In this document: piece after piece, positions 37,136-51,202 of the stretch | Position numbering within the stretch: position 1 is the stretch's first letter | How the letters are laid out: the number at the start of each line of letters is the position of its first letter | NCBI GenBank assembly: GCA_013265495.1 | Contig: MU057651.1 | Span: forward strand, 879,674 to 943,673 | Direction: 5' to 3' | Origin: Vicugna vicugna | Taxonomy: Eukaryota | Length of the DNA: 64,000 bases | Program-made: the position numbers and the translations under genes | Notes under the pieces: generated by a model | What the model was told of the DNA's origin: nothing | The model's database searches: none | The model's input: the letters and a program-made list of their open reading frames with translations, nothing else

Positions 37136-40100
37136 ATCTTGCCTCTGATGGCTCTCTGAGGAGGCCAATGCGTTCTCTGGAAGAGAAGCCCAGTCCTTTG
37201 CACATGGCAGCCACTTAACACGCAAGAAATAATACAAGTGAATGAATAAAGAACTCTGTAACTAGAATTCCTAAGACAGGCAGTATACTATTTGGGAGTT
37301 AAAAGACAGAGACTAGGACTAAAGTTATTCAGGAGCTTAAATAAGCTAAGCCAAAGGAAATTTGTGAGAAAGGTTAAAAATATGTGCCATTATGTCCATG
37401 CTTCTTCGCTTTCCCTGACTTCTCAGTAGGATTGGAATGTCCTCACAGTCTAATGGAACGAGGACTGTGCTTTAAGTCAGGAGACCTGGTTTCTGGTCAG
37501 TTCTGTTGCTTGCTGTGTGTATTGGTTGAGTCATTCATGCTCTCTGGACTAAAGATTCTCTACTTATAAATGGAGGAATTCTCACTTTCTGGACAACAAA
37601 CTGAAGGATACCAGAAGAGGGGCTAAGGAGGTGAGACAAGGAAGACCAAAGCTCTGGCTTTAGATACTTGGAGCACACTTGGACTTTTCTCATTGTCACA
37701 AGATCATTGCAAAGAGTATTTTATTCACTTAAGACTTATAGACTGCCTACTTCTAAAAAGATCAGATAGAGGTTGTATATGAAAGAATCATTGCAAGATA
37801 ACTTTTTGAAAGGTGAAACAAAAAAATAGAAGCCATCTGAAGACAGTATAAAGAGTAGGTGTTTTTAACACCTGGTTTGGTACATTGTAGTATTCACGTG
37901 CTAAATTTGGCTTATGCTTCCTGAAATGATAAAAGGAGAAACTGCATTTATTTGTTGGCAAGAGAAAATTAGTTTCATCTACAGAGATTCATTTCCCACC
38001 TCCTACTTACTCAAACAGCATCAATGATGGGATGTTTGAATAAAATACATTCTGGGTGGTACAAAGACGCCAACTGTAACCTTGATTTCATAGAAGAAAG
38101 AATTGTGTTTGGCATTTCTTTATTGACCTTTCTGTAAAGGAAGAGGGCAAGTATTAAATTATAACTCAATAAAAGTCTTTCTCTAAGTGCTAAAGAAATG
38201 TGGTCTGGATATTTTACCTCTGGATGATCTAAGTTAATTGAAGGCTGTAACATGGAAATGTTAAACAAATGGCCATTTAGTATGTCTAGTAGAATGGATT
38301 GCCAATTATTGGATGCCCTAAGCAAACTTTGTATTAATGTGATTTTTTTTCTATTTTAAAATAGATACTTATTGTTAAGTATTCAGAAGATACATAAAAG
38401 TATTTGGAAAACAAAAGTTATTGGTAATCTCAACATTTACTTATGGTTATCCCATGGTTAATTGGCATACAGACTTCTTTTTTTTTCTGTGCTCAGCTAT
38501 ACATACAATTTATTTTATAGAAATGAAGCACTGTCTTGTAACCAATTTGATTTTTTATGTCAGTTCACAACTGATTCTTTAAAATGCACCTGTAGTGGCA
38601 ATATAGCCCATGTTGTCTGAACTGACAGCTGGATATTTTAGATACCACTTGCGGGGCATATAGAGTTGAGTCTGTTGTGAAAAGTTCAAAAGCACAACTT
38701 GAATTCTTGACCAAACAGAAATTCAACCTCCTTTAGCAGAGACTTGGGCAGCTGAGGTGCTGATAGAGAGAACAATTTGTTTTTGCGAACAAGAGCTTTG
38801 ATTTTTGCCCCAAGCCCTATGCCAGATGACAAGTAAGAGATGATTTTCTCCAGAAAAATATTCAGATCAGGTTTCACCAGCCAAGCAGTAAAGACTAATG
38901 AGAATACCATCAACTCCCAGTTATCCATGCTAATGAGAACTAGAAGAGCACAGGGAATTGAAATTTCATGGAAAATCTCCGTTTCTCATCTTAGCCAATG
39001 GTGTTGCCTTACTCAACTGTCAAACCTCTTTGAAATATGGACCCTTTTCTTCTCATTGAGTTTGCCCACCTGCTAGTAGAAAAGGCAGGTAGTGGGAGGG
39101 CCATTCTGTGCATAGGCCACTCAGTATATATGAAGTTGAATTAATTTTGAACAAATGATCCACCAAGTAGGAATTAGATAATTAACTCCTAGATAAAAAG
39201 GAATAAGCTGTATTCCTAAAGTGGAGAACTTGACTTTTTTCCTGGCTCTCCTTTTCCCCTGGCTTCCACAGCCTGTAAATGAAGTCTTAAACCCCTGAGG
39301 AAATCTGACCAAGACTTCAATTCTAGAAACCCAATTTCCAGAGAAATAGGACACTTTTTTTTCCTGTAACCACTACATCTTGCCTTTCCTCCATTCTGCT
39401 TCAAATGTGATAAATGACAGAAGAGAAGTACTTATGCTTTTAATGTTTTCTTCACTATTAGGGTAGCCTTCTTAAAAAATAAATACTTAAATGGATTTGT
39501 TTACTTCATTTGTCTACTTATATAATGAAGAGCAAAGATTCGTCTCTTCCTTTCCACTGACTGTTTGTGTTATAATAAAATAAATATTATTCTAATACTT
39601 ACATGATGAGGTGTCTACAGTAATAGCTCTTATCAAAAGCAGTTCATGGGAATGTTTTCTTGCCTTTAGACTGGTGATGAAGTTATTGACCTTTTGACCT
39701 AGTCCTGGGTGCTAGACAGTAATGATTAGGCAAAGCATCGAATGGTATAGTGACACATCTCTGTTGTTTCTGTTAACAAACGCCCTTAAAGTAACAGGGA
39801 TTGCCACTTTTAACTAGGGCTAGCAGAACCATTTGAAAAATAGGTATGATGGTGCAGGTTGAAGATCCATCTCAAATGTTAGTTGGAACTCCTACCAAGT
39901 TCTACTCAGCAGATACCATTAGGTAGTGGTAAGTCATGAATTCTCTAGCTGATATCTCTCAGATAATGGCAAGTGATAAGCTTACTTTACTTGCCTGAAT
40001 CTCCTACAAGTTGGCGAGGCATCATTGTTTCAATAAAATCAGCTCACTTTTGCTTCTTGTCCAAAATGATATTCTGGGACTTTAGGTGTGGTCAGTGATG

Positions 40101-41024
40101 CTGTGTAACTCATGAAATTCACTCCTGGGTGATGCCAAAGGTTTTTAAAGTTCAGATCTATAGGCATGTGCTGAAATTGACTTTATTGTAGTTTCTGAAA
40201 ATTGATGATTGTTCAGTGTACCCGTGGAGAAATCAGCTATAATTGTGCTAACCACTTAATCTTAGACAACCATGGTAAAACAAGGCTTGACAATGATAGT
40301 GTTTACTTTTGTTTTGTAATCGAAAAAAAAATCAGTGTCAAATAATTGCAGAAGCATCGTTTAAAAGCATCAGTAGCATTACTGTTTAGCTCCTTGTCTC
40401 TGCCTTTAGTTCCTGAATTTGCCCCTTCCAGGAATTTGTGGTTTATTGTCTGGGGCATAATTGGCCAAATCCCATATTGCTGAGATAATAGGACCAATGT
40501 ACTTGATGAAAGACCATTAAGTTTACATTTAGGGTCAGGTTTCTATCCAAAGTTAGTATTTGAGGAATATATTTTCATCTTCAACATGCATAATTTGTAA
40601 GACACTAGTATCGTAATATGGGATAAGTGCCATGTGAGTATTAAGAGGAAAGTTCTGTTAGATATAAGGAGAACGAAAAAGAACTTTTAGCTGGGCTACC
40701 CTTGTCTTCTCAACTAGATTTCATAGCCCTTGAGAGCATGGGCACTATTTCATACTTTATGAGTTAGATACCAAAAAATGCAAAATGAAGTCTGCCAGCT
40801 ACACCATCTCATGTAGTCTATTTGAGTATGACTTGACTTTACTACAGACAACACCTGATTCTTTAAAAGGTGAGTAAAGCTGTGTTTCAATGTTAGGGTG
40901 GAAGGGTATTTCAAGAAAAAGTTAGGCAAGAATGTGTGGAAGCCTTTTATTTTCCATGTTCTAAAAGCGGGTGATATGCACCTTACAACTAGGTAACAGG
41001 AGAGACAAAATTCTATACTGGTTC

Positions 41025-41280
41025 CAGTTTTTGGTTCTGAAGCCAGACTACTTAGGTTTGAATCTCAGCTCTATACCTTGACTAGTCATGTCAATTTGGG
41101 CAAGTTACCAAGCCTCCCTGTGCCTCAGATTCCTCATCTGTAAAATGGGGCTAATAATGGGACCTACCCTGTAGGGCTGTTGTGAGAACTTAGTGAATTC
41201 ATAGGTGTAAAACCCTTAGAACAGAGGCTAGCTCATACGAAGTGTTCAACAAATTTTGTTGCTGTTTTTATTACTGTTAT
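41025..41280 (+). mobile_element. MIR SINE, near full length
   Basis: tgggcaagttaccaagcctccctgtgcctcagattcctcatctgtaaaatggggctaataat. Confidence 0.88.
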
Positions 41281-42689
41281 CATCATTCTCATCTGGCTCT
41301 GTGTTTTTTAGGACCTGGTTCCTTGGCTGCTTTTTACACTTATCATCTACCTCCTTTAGCCTTTGAGCCAAGTTTGGAGCAGGAAAATTCAGATCACTCA
41401 GTTTTCACACATTGGCTAGCAATATTCTTTAGAGGCTGGATTTGGGGAAAACAGAATCTATTGGCGAAAACAAGTTATTTGGATTATTTGTGGTTTTCAT
41501 GAATAATGATGAGCTCAGATATATTGAAAAGATCCATTCAGTAGTGTCCATGAAATAACCTGTCTTAAAGATATTTCAGAGAAGCAGTAGCAACTTGCTT
41601 AAAAGCTGTATATAAAGAATACCCTCCTTGTGGCATCTGTATATACAGTTCCTTTGGAAACAGACTTTCTTGCAAGTTAGAACCTTTAACAGTTTGGATG
41701 TGAGTTTTAAAAATATGTAAATGCATTTGAAACCCATATTTTAATAGCTTATCTTATTTTAGTGCTTGCTTATAGTCTTTCAGAGGTCCTTGTCTTCTAT
41801 TATTCCATTTCTTTTTCATCAAGAAGAATAAATCCCCCAACCATGCAGATCACATAGCTGATAGTGAAAGCTCATCCAATTTCATATTTAAGTAGGTAGA
41901 ACTGATATCAACCTCTGAGTGAGCTAATTATCTCTGGCAAAATAATCCAGAATCAAATACATAATACACAATGTGGATTTAAATCAACAAAGTAACTTCT
42001 AGCTTACCATCATTCAAACTTAGTGGTTGCAGAACCATACAAGTAGGCCAATTTATGCCAGCCTAATAATGCCATTTAATCGCCCCCTTCATGGATTTAC
42101 TTTAAGTGTATATTTAGATTCTTTCTGAAATGTCTAGATAAGTTGTATGTATGAAATACAAATAACTTAGGTGTATGTCATTGATTATAAATTTATTGTC
42201 GAGAAAGAGTCACTTCTCTCACCAACATGTGGAGGTTTGCAAAAGTTACCTCATTTAGATGTTTGTTTTGGGAAATTCATGATTATCTCTCCTCAGTTAA
42301 AGATACAAGGATTGTTAACATATTTCCTACTCCATTCTAGAACATTGTGGATCAGAAGTCTAATTTGTGTGTATGCCAAGAAAATTATATTCCTAAGAAT
42401 TAGCTAAAAGATACACAAGTTCTGCCTACAAAGTAATTTTGATTTTCTGAGTTCTTTTAATTAGTAAATGGTTTTCAGCACTTATATTTAGTCCAGGAAT
42501 ATAGCTTAATATAACAATATTAATGATAATAACAGTAATATCATAAAAGAGGAAATAAAAATAGTTATTAAAAATGAATATATATTTTAACATTCCTGAT
42601 AAAGAAAAAAAGGAATGTTTCCATTTCCCTTACCAAATTGGCAAAGTTTTAAGCAATTCTTTTTCTTATTCTTAATTAATCTAACAAAA

Positions 42690-45600
42690 TAAAGTTAGGT
42701 CAAAATAATAATAGCAACAATGTGTTGGGTGATGGTAGTTTATGGAAAAGTGAAATGAATAGCAGCACTTTATAAAGAATGGGAGAGAGGAATTGGGAAT
42801 ATGCTGCTATAAAGTATCAGTCCCTGCAGTACCTGTGAAACAGTATAGTGTTATTTGAAAGTGGACTTAGATTAGTGTGAATCTATATTGCAAACTCTAA
42901 GACTACTACTAAATTTTAATAAAAAATAAGTATAATTGATACGCTAGGAGAAAATAGAATAATAGAAAATACTTAGTTAAAGCCAGAGAAGGCAGAAAAA
43001 GAGTGAAACATACATACACAAAAGAAAAAAATCAAAGGCAATGAATAGAAAATAATTATAAATATGGTCTATATTAGTCCAGCTGTATCAATAATCACTT
43101 TAAATGTGAATGGTCTATATACCCCAATTAAAAGACAGTTAATATCAAAGTGGATTTAAAAAAAAGCAAGATACAACTATATGTTGTCTACAGGAAATAC
43201 ACTTTAAATGTAAAAATACTTATAGATTAAAAGTAAAAGGATGGAGAAAGATATTGCATTCTAACACATACTAGTCAAAAGTAAATGGGAGTAATTATAT
43301 TAATTTTAGACAAAACAGACTTCAGAGCAAGGAAAATTATGTGTATGTACCTAGTAGAGCATCAAAATATGTGAGGAAAAAACTGATAGAACTGCATGGA
43401 GAAACAGACAAATTCACTATTATACTTATTTTTATACCCCTCTCTTAGTAATAAACAGATCCAACAGGCGGAAAATCAGTAATGGTATAGTTAAATTGAA
43501 CAACACCATCAATCAACTGGATCTAATTGTCATCTACTACCAACAATAGTAGAATACACATTCTTCTCAAGCTCACATGAAATATTCACCAAGATAGACC
43601 ACATTCATGGGACATAAAACACACCTTAACAAATTTATAAGAATAGAAATTGTACTATATATGCTCTCATAACACACTGGAATTAAACTAGAAATCAATA
43701 ACCGCTGTAAAATCTAAAATATTTAGAGATGAAACAATATACTTCCAAATAGCACATAATAGATCAAAGAAGTTTCAAGAGAAATTTAAAGATATTTTAA
43801 ATCATATGAAAATAAAAATACAGTTTATAAAAAGTTATGGGATACAGTAAAAACAGTGCTTAGTGGGAAATTTATGGCATAGAATTAATATATTAGGGGA
43901 AAAAAGATCTAATGTCAATAATCTAAGATTCTACCTTAGGGAACTAGAAAATCAAACCCAAAGTAAGCAGAAGAAAAGAAATTTTTAAAAATTAAAGTAG
44001 AAATCAATGAAGGTGAAACGAGGAAATCAATAGCAAAAAAATCAATGAAACCAAAAGCTGGTTCTTTGAAAAGATCAATAAAATAGAACTCTAGCCAGGT
44101 TAACTAAGAAAAAAAGAGAGAAGGCACAAATTATTAATACCAGAAATGAAAGGAAGGCCATCATTACTACCAAAGGCATAATAAAAACTATTATGAACAA
44201 CTCCACACCCACAAATTTGATAACCTAGGAAAAAAAAAAGACCAATACTTGGGAAGATACAACCAACTAAAACTTGTACAAGAAGAAATAGACAATCTGA
44301 ATAGGTTTATATCTATTAAACAGATTGAATCAACAGTTAATAATCTTTCAAAACAGAGAGCACTAGGTCCAGATGATGAACTGATGAATTCTACCAAATA
44401 TTTAAGGAAGAGGTATTACCAATACTCTCCAATCTGTTTCAGAAGATAGAACCAGAGGGAACACTCCCTAACTCATTCTATGAGACCAATATTACCCTAC
44501 TACCAAAACCATATAAAGACATTATAAGAAAGAAAAACTACAGATTAATATCTCTCATGCAAAAATCTTCAACAAAATATTAGCAAATCTATTCCAGTAA
44601 CATAGGAAAAAAATCCACAATCAAGTGGTATTTATTCCAGGTATGCAAGGCTATTTTATCATTCAAAAATCAAGTTAATGTAATCTATCACATCGACAGG
44701 CTGAAAAAGAAAAACTACATGATAATATCAATAGATGCAGAAAGCATTTGACAAAATCTGACCCTATCCAGCAAATGAGAAATGGCGGCGGGTAGAGAAC
44801 TTCTTCAACTTCATACAAAATATCTACAAGAAATCTACAGCTAATACCATACTTAATGGAGAGAAACCAGATGCTTTTCCCCTAAGACTGGGAACAAGGC
44901 AATGAATGATGTCCTCTCTCACTACTCCTATTCAATGTTGTACTGGAAGTCCTAGCTAATGCAATAAGATGGGAAATGGAAATGAAAATAAAAGGATTTG
45001 GAAAGAAGAGATAAAATTACCTTATCTAGCAGATGACATGATTATTTTAAATATCACAAAGAATCAACCAAAAAACCCTCCTAAAATTAATAAGTGATAA
45101 TACCAAGGTTGAAGGATGTGAGATTAATATATGAAAGTCAATTGCTTGCCTATATACCATCAATGAACAACTGGAATTTGTAATTAAAAACACAACACCA
45201 TTTACATTAGCACCAAAAAATGGAACACTTAGGTATCAATTTAGCAAGATGTGTACAAGATCTATATAAGGAGAACTACAAAACTCTCAGGAAAGCTATC
45301 AAATAACTAGAAAGAGATTCCATGTTCATAGGCAGAAAGACTCAATGTTGTTAAGATACCAGTACTTCACGACTCAATATGTAGATTCAATGCAATACTT
45401 ATAAAAATCCCAGCAACTTACTTTGTGGAAATTAACAAAGTGACTCTAAAATTTATATGAAAGGCAAAAGACCCAGAATTGCCAGCACAATATTAAAGAA
45501 CAACAAAGTCAAAGAACTAACAACTGCCAACTTCAAGACTTGCTATAAAGCTATAATAATTAAGACAATGTGGTGGTGTTGAAAGAATAGACAAATGGAC

Positions 45601-47070
45601 CAGTGGAGCATAATAGCCCAGAAATAGACCCACACAAATATATAGACCCACTGATCTTTGACAAAAGGAGCAAGGACAATTCATTGGAAAAAGGGTAATC
45701 TTTTCAACAAATGGTGCTGGAACAACTAGAGATCCACATGCAAAATATGAGTATAGACTTGACCATAAACAGAAATAATTCACAGAATAGATCAAAGACC
45801 TAAATATAAAATGCAAAACTATGAAAGTTCCAGAAAATAACATTGGAGAAAAATCTAGGTGACCTTGAGTCTGACAGTGAGTTCTCAGATACACCAAAAG
45901 TATGCTCCATGAAAGAAAAACTGGATAAATTGGACTTCATTAAAAGTGAAAAATTCTGCTGTGCAAAAGACACTATTAAGAGAGTAAAAAGACAGACTAC
46001 AGACTGAAGGAAAATATTTGCAAAATGCATGTCTGGTAGAGGACATGAAAATATACAAATAACTCTTAAAACTCAACAATAAGAAAATGAACAACCCAAA
46101 TGAGCAAAAGAGCTAAACAGATACCTCACCAGAGGAGAAGATAGATGGCAAGCAAGTATATGAAAAGATGCTCAATATCATAGGTTGTTAGGGAATTGCA
46201 AATTAAAATAACAAATGAGATACCATTACACACCTATTAGAATGGCTAACACCTGAAATACAGACACCACCAAAATACTGATAAGGAAGTGGAGCAACAG
46301 GAACTCTCATTTATTGCTAGTGGGAATGCAAAGTGGTACAGTCACTTTGGAAGACAGTTCGGCAGTTTCTTAAAAAGTTAAACGTAGCTTTACTATAAAA
46401 TCCAGCAACCTTACTCTCAGGTATTATGTAAATGAGTCAAAAACATGCCACACGAAGACCTGTACACATGTGTTTTTAGCAGCTTTATTCACAATTTCCA
46501 AAAATTGGAAGCAATCAAGATGTCCTTCAATAGGTGAATTGATAAACAAGCTGTACATTTATACAATGAAATATTATTCAGTGATAAATGAGCTGTCAAG
46601 CTATGAAAAGACTTAGAAAAATCTTAAATGCATATTGCTAAGTGAAAGAAGCCAGTCTAAAAAGACTGCATACCCTGGGATCCCAGCTATGTGACATTTT
46701 GGAAAAGACATAACTATAGAGATAGTAAAAAGTGTCTTTCAGGAGTTGTGGGAGTGGAGAGGGGAAAAGATGTACAAGCGATATTTAAGGCAGTGAAACT
46801 ATTCTGTATGATACTGTAATGGTGGATGCATGTCATTATATGTTTGTCATAACACATAGAACTACACAGAGTTAGCTCTCATGTAAACAATGTACTTTAG
46901 TTAATACTAATATATCAGCATGGGTTCATGAATTATAACAAACATAATGCAAGACGTTAATGCCAAGGAAAAGGGAGTGAGGTAAAGAGGGAATATATGA
47001 GAACTTTCTAAACTTTCTGCTCAGTTTTTGGTAAACCTAAAACTGCTCTAAGAAATGAAGTCTATTAATT
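42690..47070 (+). mobile_element. ~4.4-kb degenerate L1 (ORF2 EN, RT and C-terminus plus L1MC1-like 3'UTR), sense to CHRDL1
   Basis: atcaataatcactttaaatgtgaatggtct (ORF2 start); tcaatagatgcagaaagcatttgacaaaat and gcagatgacatgatt (RT ADD motif); 3' end ctttctgctcagtttttggtaaacctaaaactgctcta. Confidence 0.9.
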
Positions 47071-47174
47071 CAGAAAAAGGAAAACAAAGATTGGAAGGCT
47101 ATTACCGGAATGTTAAAAGTAGTTGTCTTCTGGAAGTGAAATTATGTGTGATTTTTCTTTCTTCTATATATTTC

Positions 47175-49290
47175 TTTTTTATTGTCTTATTAAGGTATTA
47201 CATGCAGCAAAATTCACCCTTTTTAGTACACCTAAAACTAATACAATGTTAGATGTCAATTATATCTCAATTTTAAAAGTTAAAAAATAAAATTTAAAAA
47301 TTCACCCTTTTTGAGTACAGTTTTGTGAATTTTGACAAATGGCACCACCATAATCAAGATATAAAATAGCTCCATCACTCCCAAATTTACTCTGTACCCC
47401 CTTGTAGTAAAATCCTTCCTCCACCCCAGCCCTTGGCAACTACTAATCTGTTTTCTGTTCTAATAGTTTTGCTTTTTCCAGAATGAAAATAATTAATTGT
47501 AATCATATATTATGTAGACTTTGAATCTGGCTTTTAAAAATTTACCATAATGCATTTGAGATTCATCCATGTTTGTGTGTATCAGTCTTTTCTTTTTATT
47601 GCTGAATAATATTCCATTGTTCGGATGTTTTAAAATTCATCAGTTGAAGGACATTTATGTGGCTTACTGGTTTTGCAGACTATGAATAAAACCGTTTTAA
47701 ACATTTATGTACAGGTTTTTGTTTGAATATACTTTTAATTTAGTTGGAAAAATACTTAGGTTTTGGATTGCTGGGTGGTATAGTAAGTGTATCTTTAACT
47801 TCAGAAGAAACTGCCAGGTTGTTTTACACCAGCACTGTATGAGGAGAGTTCCAGTTGCTTCACATCCTCATCAGCACTTAGTATTGTCAGATTTTTTTGA
47901 GTTTAACCATTCTAGTAAGTCAGTACTGATATGTCCTCATGGTTTCCATATTCATTTCCCTGATGACTAATGATATATGTGACATCTTTGTATCTTCTTT
48001 GGTGAAGTATCTATTCAGATTGTAATCCCATTTTTAAAATTGAGTTGTTAGTTTCCTTATTCTTAAGTTTTGAGATTTCTTTATATATTCTGGATAAAAG
48101 TCCTTTACAGAAATGTGATTTGCAGGAAATTTATCCCTGTTGGTGACTTTTCTTTTTAGTCTCTTGACACTGTCTTTCAAAAGCAGAAGTTCTTAATTTT
48201 GATGAAGACTTATTTTACAAAATTTCTTTTATAGATTGTACTTATGATATCATATCTAAGAACTCTTTGCCTAACATAAGGTCACAAGGATAGTCTCCTA
48301 TATTTTCTTTTAGAAGTTTTTAAGTATTAGGGTTCACATTAAAGTGTGTCTATGATCCATCTTGAATTAATTTTTGTAGCTGGTATGAGATATAGCTTAA
48401 AGTTCATTTTATTTTATTTTATGTTTTGCATATGATTATCCAAATGATGCAGCAGCATTTGTTGAAAGGCTATTGTTTCTCCATTGAATGGCCTTTGCAC
48501 CTTTGTTGAAAAATCAGTAGACCCATAAGTGTGGGTTTATTGTGTATTTTTTGACTCTCTATTCTATTCTATTGATATATTTGTCTAACCTCTTGCTAAC
48601 ACACTGTCCTGAAAACTAGTTTTGTATTGTCTTGAAATCACATAGTGTGTTTCCTCCAACATCTGTCTTTTTCAAAATTGTTTTGGCTATTCTACTTCCT
48701 TTGCCTTTCTTTAGAAGATGTAGGACTATTCAGGTTATCTAGTTCTCCTTGAGTAACCTTTGGTAATTATATCTTTCAAATAATTCATCCCTTTCATCTA
48801 AGATGTTAAGTTAACTGGTGTAAAAGATATTCATAAAATCTCCTTTTAATCCTTTTAATATCTATAGGATCTATAATGAAGTTTTCTCTTTTGTCCCTTC
48901 ATTAATAATTTGCATATTCCATTTTTTATGTCATTGTTAGTCTTACTAGAAGGTTATCAATTTTATTAATAGTCTTTAAGAACCAGGTTTTGGTCTCATT
49001 GGTTTTTTTTTCTATTGATCTTCTGTCTTCAATTTAATTGACTTCTGCTTTTTATTATTCATTCCTTCTATTTTCTTTTGGTTTATTTTGTTCTACTTTT
49101 TCTAGTTTCTTAAGGCATTGATTTGAGACTGTTCCCCTTTTCTAATATAGGTACTTAGTGATATAAATTTCCCTCTAAGCACTTCTTTAGCTGAATCTCA
49201 CCAATTCTGATATGCTGTGTTTTCATTTTCTTTTAGTACAAAATACTTCCTAATTTCTCTTTTGATTTTTTCCTTCAATCCACAGGCTAT
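47175..49290 (-). mobile_element. Old L1MB/MC-type element (3'UTR and ORF2, internally deleted near 48715)
   Basis: ccccagcccttggcaactactaatctgttttctg; gttccagttgcttcacatcctcatcagcactt; aagaaccaggttttggtctcattgg. Confidence 0.85.
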
Positions 49291-49479
49291 GTATAAATTA
49301 CTAGAGTATTAAAAGTGGTTCTGTCTTATGCTGGAGTTCTGTGTATGGAATGTTTCTTTTTTCTATATACTTTTATGTTTTTATTTTGTTCTTTTTCTGT
49401 ATTCTCCAGTTTTCTACACTGAGCATGCATTACCTTTGTAATTAGAAAATAATCAATTAATATAAAACAACACTCTACA

Positions 49480-49670
49480 TTTTGTAGCACTTTATAGTTT
49501 ACAGGAGCTTTATCTAATCTTCTCACGTTTGCTTGAGAAAGATATAATCCGTATTTCATTGGTGTTGAAAATTGAGATTGATAAAGTTAAATGACTTGCT
49601 CAATACCACACAACTAGAGGCAGTTAGTTAGGATTCAGACCCAGAGTTTCTGATTCCTAGTTCATTATCC
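49480..49670 (-). mobile_element. MIR SINE
   Basis: aaaattgagattgataaagttaaatgacttgctcaa...ggattcagacccag. Confidence 0.6.
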
Positions 49671-50784
49671 TGAAGAAGTTAGAAATAAAGGTTTGAAAAG
49701 TAAATTGGAATTTATCTTGTGGGAAGTTGGAAAGAATCACAGAGGGTCTTTGAAGCAGTAAGTAACTTGAAGCATTTATCTCAGTGTAGTTGTAATTTGA
49801 ATCTCTGATTACTAATGAGGTTGAATCTTTTCCTGTTTATTGCCTGCTCTCATTTCTTCTCTAAATTGCTATTCATGTCCTTAGATCATTTTTCTATTGG
49901 GTTTGTTGGTCATTTACTTATTGGTTTGAATGATTAAAAAATGTTCCAGATACTAATGCTGTATTTATACCAATACTTTATTTGTTGGAAATATCTTCTC
50001 CCTGTTTCTTGCTTATTTGTCTTTATTATTTCAGTTTTGGTCATCAGAGGAATGTCTGCAAGGGAGTGTGTGTGTGGGGGGGAAATTAATGTGTTTGCAA
50101 CAAGAGGAGTCTTGGTTTATTTTGACTTTGTGTGATGGGAAGGAGGATGGGAAGCAGGAGCTAGAAGAGGATGGGATTGAAAGACAAATCATATGATTTG
50201 GAAATTTACTTCCTTGTTATTTGTCAATTACTTACATTAGTGGCCACAAAGTGTAGTGAGAGACAGTAAAGAATGAATGTTGCCTACGTTTGAGAACCTT
50301 TTACCCTGATGGAGAAATAAGACACATAAAAGAAGACAAGTAACACAGTATGTGCTCAAGTAACTGTGGTACAAGATAAGCTGTGGCTATCAAAATCTTT
50401 ATTCCAGCAAAGGGGAGGGAGATATTACTTTTAGTTAATTGGGGGTTTTCTGCATAAGAAGTCTGTAAGTTGAATGAGAACAAAGAGGAGCTGTGTGTGT
50501 TTTTGCTCACCATTTTATCCCCAGCACTTAACATAGGGCCTAGCAAAGAGCAAGTGCCCAAATATTTGTTTAATGATTAAATGATATTAGCATCCATTAG
50601 CAAAGCCATTTGTAGAGACCTAACACAATTTGTGTTTAGTCCATCACTCCTATACCACCACCAGACAGCTCTGAGAGTGTTTGTGATAGATCAGCATTTC
50701 AGACATTAGCTTGTATTTCCAAAGCAAGGGAGCACAACCTTTTCCTAAAAGGACACACAGTGTGCTCTCTTATCTTACCCTTAC

Positions 50785-50975
50785 CACAGAGCAGTAGTCA
50801 AGATTTTGGCTTCACTCTCAGGCAAACCTGGGTTTGAGTTTCATGTCAGTTACTAACTAGTTATATGACTCTTGATTTCCCTCATCTGTGAAATGAGACT
50901 AATAGTGGATCATTGTAGCATCAAATAAGGGAAGCATGTAAAACACAGCCTGTAGTAGGGGTCTATAAATATTTC
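50785..50975 (+). mobile_element. MIR SINE just upstream of exon 3
   Basis: cctgggtttgag...tttccctcatctgtgaaatgagactaata. Confidence 0.75.
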
Positions 50976-51089
50976 CTATGTCACTTCTCTTGATGTACAT
51001 GAAAATGCATGGAACTTGTGACTGCCTGTGGATTTTGTGATTTGGTCCATATTTTCTAACCAGCATATTCTCCATCTTCTTCCTCATAG

Positions 51090-51202
51090 ATTCAGAGACA
51101 TATTGTGTGTTCCAAGACAAGAAGTACAGAGTGGGTGAGAGATGGCATCCTTACCTGGAACCTTATGGGTTGGTTTACTGTGTGAACTGCATCTGCTCAG
51201 AG
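51090..51202 (+). CDS. CHRDL1: Chordin-like 1, second coding exon (first half of VWC domain 1)
   Basis: Acceptor tcttcttcctcatag|; (H)[37 protein letters not shown]; 113 nt, phase 1 to 0; donor GAG|GTACAA. Confidence 0.97.

Noticed and set aside
51090..51097. Second AG 6 nt inside exon 3 (tag|attcag|ag), a possible in-frame alternative acceptor
   Set aside because: The first AG directly follows the pyrimidine tract and gives the expected HSETYC sequence; nothing supports the second
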